Under the pieces are notes generated by a model. The model was not told the origin of the DNA, did no database searches, and saw nothing but the letters and a program-made list of their open reading frames with translations. 64,000 nucleotides of DNA from IMG/VR virus record IMGVR_UViG_3300005512_000007. One strand, given 5' to 3'. Positions 56,999-64,000 of the stretch are shown here, one piece after another. Source of the stretch: an uncultured virus (IMG/VR IMGVR_UViG_3300005512_000007) (lineage: Duplodnaviria > Heunggongvirae > Uroviricota > Caudoviricetes). A program made the position numbers and the translations under genes. The stretch's first letter is position 1, and each line of letters opens with the position of its first letter.

Positions 56999-57732
56999 GA
57001 GTGCTACTCGTAGGCGACACCCACGGTGATCGCCAGTTCGTATCCAACGTGAACCGGCTCGCCAAGACTCAGCGAGCGCAGTACGTCATCCAGTTGGGGG
57101 ACTTCGGCTACTCCTTCCCTGAGGCTGTGCTGACCTCGATCAGGACGTGGCTCGATGCTGACGAGCGCCGTAAGTGGCTGTGGCTCGACGGGAATCACGA
57201 CCAGCATGACTACATCCGCTCTGAGATATGCAAGGGCAAGCACCCCAAGAAGCCGGTGGCCCACTTCCACGACCGCATGTACTACTGCCCCCGTGGGAGC
57301 ACGTTACGTATCGGTAAGAAGAAGGTGCTGTTCCTTGGGGGTGCTGTCAGCGTGGACAAGGCTCGTCGCACGCAGGGCGAGAACTGGTGGCCTCAGGAGT
57401 CGATCAACACTGCCGACGTGTACCGAGCAATAGACAACGGCAAGGGAGCCGACGTGCTCCTGAGCCACGACTGTCCTGACACACTCGATATCAGGCGCTG
57501 GCTTCGCTCCAACGGATACAAGAACGACCGTGACTCACAGCAGAACCGTATGGCTATCAGAGCAGTCGTTGATGAACTCGATATCCCCGAGGTGTACCAC
57601 GGGCACTACCACCACCGGTACACCGCTCACTACGGCAACACGCTGGTCGAGGGTCTGGGTGCTAACTACGCACGGGGCGAGCACTCGCCCAAGGCGACGC
57701 TCGATCACAACTGCCTGCTACTGGACTGGTAA
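56995..57732 (+). CDS. metallophosphoesterase
   Basis: GDTHG, GDFG, GNHD, SHDCP, HGHYH. Confidence 0.9.
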   Translation: MRVLLVGDTHGDRQFVSNVNRLAKTQRAQYVIQLGDFGYSFPEAVLTSIRTWLDADERRKWLWLDGNHDQHDYIRSEICKGKHPKKPVAHFHDRMYYCPRGSTLRIGKKKVLFLGGAVSVDKARRTQGENWWPQESINTADVYRAIDNGKGADVLLSHDCPDTLDIRRWLRSNGYKNDRDSQQNRMAIRAVVDELDIPEVYHGHYHHRYTAHYGNTLVEGLGANYARGEHSPKATLDHNCLLLDW

Positions 57733-57739
57733 CGCAGAA

Positions 57740-57763
57740 GAGCAGGGGCCGAAGCCCCTGCTC
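57740..57763. terminator. terminator hairpin at the strand convergence point
   Basis: GAGCAGGGGC-CGAA-GCCCCTGCTC (UUCG loop on the minus strand). Confidence 0.8.
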
Positions 57764-57823
57764 AACTACTGCTACTTCCGTTGGGTCTGTCCAGACACCA
57801 CTCCAGACAGTGGGAGTAACCCC

Positions 57824-58315
57824 TCAGGAGGTGGCGACCACGGGCCAGATGTACTCCAAGTATTTGAGAGCACTATCCAGTTTCTTTTGATCTTTCAGCC
57901 ACTTCTCCAGATGGCCTAGCGAGGGGTTGCACGTTCCGCATAACAGCCCTCGCACTTTACCTGTGTCGTGGCAATGGTCGATGTGGAAGGAGAGCGAGTC
58001 TACTTCCTCGGTGCATATGGCGCATATGCCATTTGCTTTCTTCACCAACTCCTCGTACTCGTCCCTGCTCAAACCGTATTTGCGAAGACGCTCGGCAAGC
58101 CGTCGTTTAGCAACCCACTCTGGGTCTTCTCGCTTCACTGCCATGTACTTACGTTGTTTTTCCTTACCGTCCACTTGGTAGCGAATGGCCTGCTTATCGG
58201 AGTCGTAAGTTTTCCTGCTGTACGCATTACGGCAGGCTTTACATTGCCCTGCTCTACGCATTTCTTGCGATGGCTTGTCTTGGTTGCATTGGTTACATCT
58301 CATACGGCCAAACAT
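57824..58315 (-). mobile_element. Endonuclease VII-family homing endonuclease
   Basis: KYGLS..EY, CAIC, HIDHCHDTGKVRGLLCGTCN. Confidence 0.88.
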
Positions 58316-58328
58316 ACACTAATGGTAT

Positions 58329-58797
58329 TTACTTATGGCCCACAAATGGCCCCCAAACGTAATCCAAACCGAGTGGGGTGTCGGGCCAGATCGGCCCGTA
58401 GAACTCGGGGTCCTTGCGGATGAGGTTGGACCGGTGCGAGATCATGATGTCGTTGAGGAACGACGGAGGAGTGGGGTCGTCGCCGTAATGGGTGTGCATC
58501 TCCAACACGCCACGGAAGCGCTCCTGTAGCGAGTCCTGATACCCACGGCGCTTCCACTCAGCGCAACAACGGAACCCGTAGTGGGCGAGGGATGCGATGC
58601 GCCCCTCCCACATGCGAGTGGCTGGGTGGTTGACCCACCCCTTGTGCTCCTTGGGGTTGCCGTCGTTGTCTACGCCACGGAGGACGTTGAGAATCTGCCA
58701 CGCTTCTACACGTTGCTTGCCGAGGTCAGAGACGCCGGTAATCCAGTGACAGGAAACCGGCGTACAGGTCAGTACCTTCTGGTGCGAAGGTCTGCAT
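58329..58797 (-). CDS. pyrimidine-dimer DNA glycosylase-like (MSMEG_6728 family), interrupted by a 7-nt insert (pseudogene or recoded)
   Basis: MQTF...LDYRRL / GKQRVEA.QIL, GWVNHPA.RMW, EW.RRGY.D, SHRSNL.RKDP.FY; stop TGA at 58728-58726. Confidence 0.8.
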
Positions 58798-58811
58798 ATT
58801 TGACCACCTCC

Positions 58812-59300
58812 TTATGGTATGTCATTGGGGTCGCCCCCTAGTTGTCTGATGTGATCTTCCAATAGTTCTATGCGCCTTGTCAAGTATCTTGCGAACCTGA
58901 GCCGACGCATGTTCTCATACTGCGATACCGCTTCTAAGTGCTCAGGATTACAGCACTTGGTATTTCGGCATAGGTGATCTACTTGGTCACCTTCTTGCAG
59001 TGGGGCTACATAGTGTTCGTATGCCCAGCGATGAGCCATGTATTTCCTACCCCCGTGCCACAGTTGACCGTAGCCCCTACCTTGGTCCGCTCCTTTACCT
59101 GAGCCTCTACCGTTGGCGGTAAATACCCAGCACCCATCGTCCTGTTTGACAATGGAGCGTAGGAACCTCTCCTCAGCGGTCTCGTGAGTCCTGATGGGAG
59201 TTAGGTCGTGACCTCTCGACTGTTGCGCCCAGTGACTGTTACACAGCCCCTTAGCGCAGTGAGGCTTTTCACAGCCGGGGAATGAGCATTGCTTGTTCAT
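58812..59300 (-). mobile_element. HNH homing endonuclease
   Basis: CSFPGC..GLCNSH; GCW; GYG; AHR; VDHLCRN..CCNPEHLEAV...EN. Confidence 0.88.
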
Positions 59301-59361
59301 GTCGGTACCTCCTCTACGAGGCTACCACACGATGGGTAGGTTTGTAGAGGAATGATACCTG

Positions 59362-59415
59362 TTAGTGGTGGAATCCAAGGTCGAGGTCTGTGCCCTCGGG
59401 GACGAATGTCTGCAT
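59362..59415 (-). pseudogene. orphaned 5' stub of the glycosylase (MQTFVPEGTDLDLGFHH*)
   Basis: AGGAG RBS; 12 of the first 15 residues match the ORF starting at 58797. Confidence 0.85.
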
Positions 59416-59476
59416 GGTGTGCTCCTGTTGGTATGGGTGGTGTGAATGGTTTGCCGGATTTGGGGTGCGCCCTATT

Positions 59477-59605
59477 TCAATCTTGTAGTTCCATCTTCAC
59501 TCCACCGCCCGTGTGCTTGGAACACGTAGGTGGATGTGTTGGTTTGACGTAGACAGTGATGGTCTGTCCACACCTGTTGCATTTGTACGTTGAGCCTTTC
59601 GACAT
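59477..59605 (-). CDS. small zinc-ribbon protein
   Basis: CNRC...CSKH; GGAGG RBS. Confidence 0.55.
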   Translation of the reverse strand: MSKGSTYKCNRCGQTITVYVKPTHPPTCSKHTGGGVKMELQD

Positions 59606-59639
59606 GGTTCCTCCCTTCTCGACGTACGAAGGTAGCAGA

Positions 59640-59933
59640 TCAGTCGAGATCAAAGATGATCTCCTCGGTAGCGAGGTCGCCCCCGTCCTCAAAGACGAGG
59701 CTGAACCCGATGCGGTTGAGATCTCTGGCGACGTTGTAGATGCCGTTGACCCAGAGCAGGACCGTCTCATCGAACTCCATGAGTTGGTCAGAGGGATCGT
59801 CCCAGTTCGGGTTGAAGTCAGACCCGACCACGATGTTGGTCGGAGTCACATCGTCGTTGATCTGGTTACGCACCACGACGGTGATGAACTGGATGAAACC
59901 CTCGGGGACACGTATGACACCGATATCAAACAC
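59640..59933 (-). CDS. acidic hypothetical protein
   Basis: GTG start overlapping the upstream gene end. Confidence 0.5.
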   Translation of the reverse strand: MFDIGVIRVPEGFIQFITVVVRNQINDDVTPTNIVVGSDFNPNWDDPSDQLMEFDETVLLWVNGIYNVARDLNRIGFSLVFEDGGDLATEEIIFDLD

Positions 59934-60159
59934 GCCTCTTACCTTTCTTGTCTGTACTGAAGTCGAATCCATTCCGCTTCAGCATCGCCCTGAAGTTCTT
60001 CCATGACCGGTACGAGCCGGTCAATGGCGAGAACACGCAGTGCCCATCTGGAGCCTGCCACTTGACGTGGTTGCTCCTCGTCACCGTGACAGTCCAGCCC
60101 CTCTTACGGGCCTTCTTGGCGATCTTCTCCATGTCCTTGTTGTTCATGCCGATAGCCAT
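59926..60159 (-). CDS. HicA-like mRNA interferase fold protein
   Basis: K.I.K.A.K.GW.V..T.SNH.K...P.G...S.R...N....L. Confidence 0.6.
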   Translation of the reverse strand: MAIGMNNKDMEKIAKKARKRGWTVTVTRSNHVKWQAPDGHCVFSPLTGSYRSWKNFRAMLKRNGFDFSTDKKGKRRV

Positions 60160-60169
60160 TTGATACTCC

Positions 60170-60349
60170 TCATTTCTTCTTGGCGTAGTACTCAGGGTCA
60201 CGGAGCCAGCGTTCCGCCTGCTGGAGATACTTGGGGATGTCCTTCTTGATCTCCCTCCGTACTCGGGGACCGGTTTGGTAGAGGATGATGAGGCATCCCA
60301 TGTAGACGAGCGCCATCGAGGCAAAGAAGATAAACGTCCCTGTACTCAT
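60170..60349 (-). CDS. small membrane protein
   Basis: N-terminal TM segment; GGAG RBS. Confidence 0.55.
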   Translation of the reverse strand: MSTGTFIFFASMALVYMGCLIILYQTGPRVRREIKKDIPKYLQQAERWLRDPEYYAKKK

Positions 60350-60555
60350 CGGCTCCACTCCTTCTCGGCCTCGTGGGAGCACCGCACGAGGGCGTTGCTT
60401 AGGTTGCGGTAGTGATAGTGCTCCAGTACCGAACCGTCGGTGCGGTCAATGCGACGCACCCAGTAGTTGTTCTGGCCTCTCCTCCATGCGTCGAGCAGGA
60501 CGATGAAGGCTGAATACCGGCCTTTGACTCGGGCTACTTCGTGGACATTCCTCAC
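60346..60555 (-). CDS. hypothetical protein
   Basis: 4-bp overlaps on both sides. Confidence 0.55.
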   Translation of the reverse strand: MRNVHEVARVKGRYSAFIVLLDAWRRGQNNYWVRRIDRTDGSVLEHYHYRNLSNALVRCSHEAEKEWSR

Positions 60556-60851
60556 TGATCGTCACCGCTCTTCCACTGCTCGATGATGGCCTCCACTGCG
60601 TCCTCGTAGCGGTACGTATCCATGTAGCGCTTCTTGTCATAGCCGTGGATATGAGCCTCGTCGTCGAGGGCATCGAGTTGCCTGCGGAGGTCGTCACGCA
60701 TCTGGAAGTAGCGCTCACGCTCGCTCTCCCACTCTGCCTCGTGCTGGTCGAGGTCACCGCACTCCTCGTACCACGAGACGGCCTCGTCCCATTCTCCAAT
60801 GCGGTCTGCTTCTCTGTCGGCCATGCGGTCGTTGATGCTGTCGTAGTTCAT
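60552..60851 (-). CDS. acidic hypothetical protein
   Basis: GAAGGA RBS. Confidence 0.6.
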   Translation of the reverse strand: MNYDSINDRMADREADRIGEWDEAVSWYEECGDLDQHEAEWESERERYFQMRDDLRRQLDALDDEAHIHGYDKKRYMDTYRYEDAVEAIIEQWKSGDDQ

Positions 60852-60852
60852 G

Positions 60853-61086
60853 TCACTTTCCTTCCATCCAGATGAGTGCCTTATTCATACTTGCTTTGTC
60901 GTGTGGGGTCAAGTCACTTCTCAGCAACTCGATCTCCTTGGTGTCGAGGTTGAGCCTGAAGATGATGTACTGGTCTCGGTACACCGAGATGTACCCAGAC
61001 AGGTCGAGGTGGGCGTACCACGAGCCAGCCTTAGCCTCGCCGTGGACGTATGCCTTCTCTATGAGGTCGCTCAGGTTGGCTTTCAT
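60853..61086 (-). CDS. hypothetical protein
   Basis: Preceded by the boundary motif. Confidence 0.65.
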   Translation of the reverse strand: MKANLSDLIEKAYVHGEAKAGSWYAHLDLSGYISVYRDQYIIFRLNLDTKEIELLRSDLTPHDKASMNKALIWMEGK

Positions 61087-61087
61087 A

Positions 61088-61303
61088 TCAGTTGTCCTCC
61101 CACGGGTACTTGCCGTTTTCGTAGCCGTTGATTCTGTCGTACTCGTTGACCTTCTGCTGAAATGCGAGTCGGCTTTGAGGTGTCCAACTCAGCAGAGTAG
61201 GAAAGTCATCAGGCAACGGTTTGCCGTTTATGTCTCGTCTGTTGTGCTTGAACGTCTTTGGCAGTTTGCCCCAGCGCTCCTTCGCAACTTGCTCCGCATC
61301 CAT
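61088..61303 (-). CDS. hypothetical protein
   Basis: Boundary motif at both ends. Confidence 0.65.
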   Translation of the reverse strand: MDAEQVAKERWGKLPKTFKHNRRDINGKPLPDDFPTLLSWTPQSRLAFQQKVNEYDRINGYENGKYPWEDN

Positions 61304-61304
61304 G

Positions 61305-61571
61305 TCAGTTGTCCTCCTTCTGTGCGAACCGAATCACGGTCGTCTCTCGCCACTGCCAGTTCTCGTCAGAGACGGAGTGAGCGCATGAGTCGCAGACGGG
61401 GGTGGCGACGATCTGATCACTCTTGAGAGGTGACTTGTCGTCGTACGCCTCTACCCTGAGGCCGACGGCTTCTGTTTGTGTGCCTTCTCGCATGTCGCAA
61501 AGGGCACACGTGATGCCCCTGCTCCATTCGGCCCACGCATAGTCGCCCGAGTACTCAAATGTGTCTTTCAT
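61305..61571 (-). CDS. Cys-containing hypothetical protein
   Basis: CALC...CDSC; boundary motif. Confidence 0.65.
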   Translation of the reverse strand: MKDTFEYSGDYAWAEWSRGITCALCDMREGTQTEAVGLRVEAYDDKSPLKSDQIVATPVCDSCAHSVSDENWQWRETTVIRFAQKEDN

Positions 61572-61572
61572 A

Positions 61573-61911
61573 TCAGTTGTTCTCCTTGTTGTTTTCTTGC
61601 TGAAGTTCGTTGATGTAGTTCTCTAACTCTGAGAGGCGCTCCCTCAGGTGGGCGTAGTAGTTCCTCATGTACCCCCTGCTGTAATGCAGGTCGCACGTGC
61701 CTTGGGCCTTCACCCACCTGCTACACCCGTCGTGCGAGCACTCTTCGTGGTCACGCTTGGGCAGGGGGGACAGTGGTTTCTTTCTGCTGAGTTGTTTCTG
61801 GTGTGACTGACACAAGCCGTTTCCATTGTGAAGCCTGTTACAACCCTTGTACTCGCACAGTCTCTGACCGTGCTCGTTGTACACCCCTGAATCGGGCCTT
61901 ACCCCTTTCAT
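61573..61911 (-). CDS. two CxxxGC..C..H zinc-finger modules plus coiled coil, no nuclease core
   Basis: Same N- and C-terminal modules as the HNHs at 33712 and 58812. Confidence 0.65.
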   Translation of the reverse strand: MKGVRPDSGVYNEHGQRLCEYKGCNRLHNGNGLCQSHQKQLSRKKPLSPLPKRDHEECSHDGCSRWVKAQGTCDLHYSRGYMRNYYAHLRERLSELENYINELQQENNKENN

Positions 61912-62852
61912 GTCAGTCCGGCAATCCGCTTGTCGATCCGGTTGTCGATCCGGTCGAACACCTCGGCCATGAGGATCACGGCCTTGTCCCAGTCGTTCTT
62001 CACTTCCGTGTAGATCTCCAGCATCTGATCAACCGGATACCCCCGAATACCGTGGTTCACGTGTTCGATGCGCCTGTCAAGGTTGGACAGCAGTTCGACC
62101 ACTTTGGCCGTGACGAACTCGTCGTACTTATTGGGCATCAACTCGCCGGTCTTGAGGTGGCACTCGGCGTACTCGGAGGCAAGGTGACCAAGCGCTTCCC
62201 ATTCCTTCGCCTGCTCCACCGTTGCGTTGTGCTCGATGTAATAGGACACATCGTACAAGCCGGAGCGATTCCATTCGATGAGTTCGTCGGCCACCTGATC
62301 CAGCGTTGCGTGCTTCGCCTTGAGTAACTCGATGATTTTGTCGAGGTGGTACTGAGAGCGAAGTCGATCTTCCACCTTGGCGAGTCGCTTGATCTGATCG
62401 AAATCGAAACCCAACGAGATCCAGTACGGCCACACGGAGCCGGTCTGCTCCCTGTGGTCAATCGCCAGTGCGAGGATTTCCTCGTTGTTATCGGCGTTGG
62501 GGTCAATCCGATCACGGAGATTGCCTTCTCGGGCAAAGTCAGACCAATAGAAACAATCCTCAAACGAGAACCCTGCGTCGAACCACGGGGTCACGTCGTC
62601 AGGGTCTTTCCCCATTTGATTCACCCATGCTCGGTAGTTCCACGAGATTGCGCCGTGCATCTCCCAGAACTGAGCGGTTTCGACGGGCACATTGAGGCTT
62701 GCCCAATCGTCTGCGAAACGGGAGTACCAATCAGATTCGATGTAGGGCTTCGCTTGGTCGTACGTAGCGCCTGCGTCGATGAAGGGTTTTGCGATGTCAC
62801 GCTTTACGCCGTGTACCTCACGCCAGTGCTTGAGGGTTGCTCTGTCTGCCAT
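61908..62852 (-). CDS. helical repeat protein
   Basis: Recurring W..xG(F/A)...A..W units. Confidence 0.65.
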   Translation of the reverse strand: MADRATLKHWREVHGVKRDIAKPFIDAGATYDQAKPYIESDWYSRFADDWASLNVPVETAQFWEMHGAISWNYRAWVNQMGKDPDDVTPWFDAGFSFEDCFYWSDFAREGNLRDRIDPNADNNEEILALAIDHREQTGSVWPYWISLGFDFDQIKRLAKVEDRLRSQYHLDKIIELLKAKHATLDQVADELIEWNRSGLYDVSYYIEHNATVEQAKEWEALGHLASEYAECHLKTGELMPNKYDEFVTAKVVELLSNLDRRIEHVNHGIRGYPVDQMLEIYTEVKNDWDKAVILMAEVFDRIDNRIDKRIAGLT

Positions 62853-62853
62853 G

Positions 62854-62958
62854 TCAGTTGTCCTCCTGATCTTCCTTGTTGAGTTCGTAGAGCGTGTCGA
62901 TTACCACGAGGGCCATGAAGCCCCCGAAGGCGAGTGCGTACCAGATGAAGCCGGTCAT
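62854..62958 (-). CDS. 34-aa membrane peptide
   Basis: MTGFIWYALAFGGFMALVVIDTLYELNKEDQEDN*. Confidence 0.55.
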   Translation of the reverse strand: MTGFIWYALAFGGFMALVVIDTLYELNKEDQEDN

Positions 62959-63536
62959 GACTCCACCCCCGTACGGGACGAGCGTGCCTGATAGACAGCG
63001 CCGTTGTGCATGGTGTCCTGTAGGTCCATTGCGTAGGTCCAGTAGCGGTCGTGCCAGTCGGCCTCCGCATCCATGTCGTCGAACCCACCGTCGGGGTATC
63101 GGGGCGAGTCGGGCATCTCACCGATCTCGAAACTGTGATCGTGGACGAACGTGCCCCCGTTGGTGACGGCCATAGCCCCTACGAAGTCCATACCCAACTC
63201 TCGGTAGGACGAGATGAACATGAGGTTCGGGAACTGTCGGGAGACCTCCGCCCAGAACGACGTGTTGAGCGGTGCCCACGCACTGTCATAGGTGTATGAG
63301 AGGGTGCATACCCCGTCATCCTCGATGTTTGCGTCCCACTCGACGTCGTTGATCCACTTGGTGCCCCAGTTCTCGGAGCGCCAGTTGTACCAGTTCTCGC
63401 CCACGTCCGAAGGCTCGGGGCGCAGGAGGGTGAAGTCGATGGACTCGTAGTCGTTGGCGCTGATGGCATCGACGAAGCGGTCAGCCTCGTCGGCTGGCCC
63501 GATCACGTCGAGCCTGTTGTGGCAGATGTTTGGCAT
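62955..63536 (-). CDS. DUF1281/YubB ferredoxin-like domain protein
   Basis: MPN.C.N.L...WYNWR..NWGTKW...YDSAWAP. Confidence 0.75.
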   Translation of the reverse strand: MPNICHNRLDVIGPADEADRFVDAISANDYESIDFTLLRPEPSDVGENWYNWRSENWGTKWINDVEWDANIEDDGVCTLSYTYDSAWAPLNTSFWAEVSRQFPNLMFISSYRELGMDFVGAMAVTNGGTFVHDHSFEIGEMPDSPRYPDGGFDDMDAEADWHDRYWTYAMDLQDTMHNGAVYQARSSRTGVES

Positions 63537-63537
63537 G

Positions 63538-63900
63538 TCAGTTGCTCTCTTTCGTGTATGGGATGGTGTTGCGGTCGGGATGGTCTTCCCAGATCTCGTC
63601 GGCTCGCACTTCGTACTGAAGCATGACCGAGCAGGCTTCGCAGGCGTTGAGGACCTCTTCACCGGGGTGGTTGTCGAGGTAGTAACGGATGCGCTGGTGG
63701 CTCGGCACGAGCATGTAGTTCCGGTGGAACTCTTGGTACTCGGGAGTCTCCTCGCAGGAGCACTCGGGTCGAATACGGGCGATGTAGTCGTGGAGGTTCT
63801 TGGCGACCGCTCGCCACATCTCGGCCTCGATGTTCTCGGGACCCAAGAGCCACTGCTCGGTCTCTCGCTTGCGGTTGATGTCGTAGGCTTCCATGCCCAT
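63538..63900 (-). CDS. hypothetical protein
   Basis: Boundary motif with GAGGAG RBS. Confidence 0.65.
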   Translation of the reverse strand: MGMEAYDINRKRETEQWLLGPENIEAEMWRAVAKNLHDYIARIRPECSCEETPEYQEFHRNYMLVPSHQRIRYYLDNHPGEEVLNACEACSVMLQYEVRADEIWEDHPDRNTIPYTKESN

Positions 63901-63939
63901 GTCAGTTGTTCTCCTCAGGTGGTATGGGTTGTACTGCTA

Positions 63940-63968
63940 TTTGTAATCGAGGGGTGTGACAATGTCAA
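63940..63968 (-). promoter_or_regulatory. sigma-A-type promoter of the leftward arm
   Basis: TTGACA-17-TACAAA (imperfect -10). Confidence 0.55.
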
Positions 63969-64000
63969 GAGACTTCTTCGACGCAGTCCTCTAGCAGGTT

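Larger units (their letters stand above)
61084..63914 (-). repeat. dispersed gene-boundary motif GGAGRACAACTGAYATG (6 copies)
   Basis: On the + strand, CAT(A/G)TCAGTTG... at 61084, 61301, 61569, 62850, 63534, 63898. Confidence 0.9.

Noticed and set aside
6110..59361. Group I introns housing the endonucleases
   Set aside because: The flanks are only tens of nucleotides, too short for a ribozyme core, and the duplicated termini make splicing unnecessary.
1..64000. tRNA genes and integrase
   Set aside because: No cloverleaf or T-loop signature in the short intergenic gaps and no recombinase was seen by eye; tRNAscan-SE would confirm.

Overview
A 64 kb segment of a tailed dsDNA phage with a contractile tail (myovirus), probably infecting an actinobacterium. 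The host is inferred from two WhiB genes, an MSMEG_6728-type glycosylase and leaderless TANNNT promoters. Layout: (1) 1-5.6 kb, an array of paralogous fibre/adhesin + chaperone cassettes; (2) 5.8-29.8 kb, neck, sheath, tube, tape measure and baseplate genes, with a lysis/surface-protein block inside the baseplate cluster; (3) 30.7-46 kb, replication/recombination (DnaC-like, DnaB, primase, SNF2, SSB, PolA, RecA, Cas4-like, resolvases) and SpoVS; (4) 46.3-51.7 kb, a run of small, apparently disordered proteins; (5) 52-57.7 kb, TGT-fold/WhiB/glycosyltransferase genes; (6) 57.8-64 kb, a leftward arm of small genes joined by a repeated GGAGRACAACTGAYATG motif. Main observation: all six free-standing homing-endonuclease-like genes sit at the very end of a host gene. 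Five come with a recoded replacement copy of the host N- or C-terminus, and the displaced original terminus can still be read on the far side. The sixth appears to have captured the host start codon. These look like intron-less, gene-repairing cassettes, most with their own leaderless promoter. Two candidate recoding sites were also found: CTC-TGA-C-CTC in the glycosylase, and a +1-frame tail chaperone extension. All product calls come from reading motifs by eye; no database searches were run.
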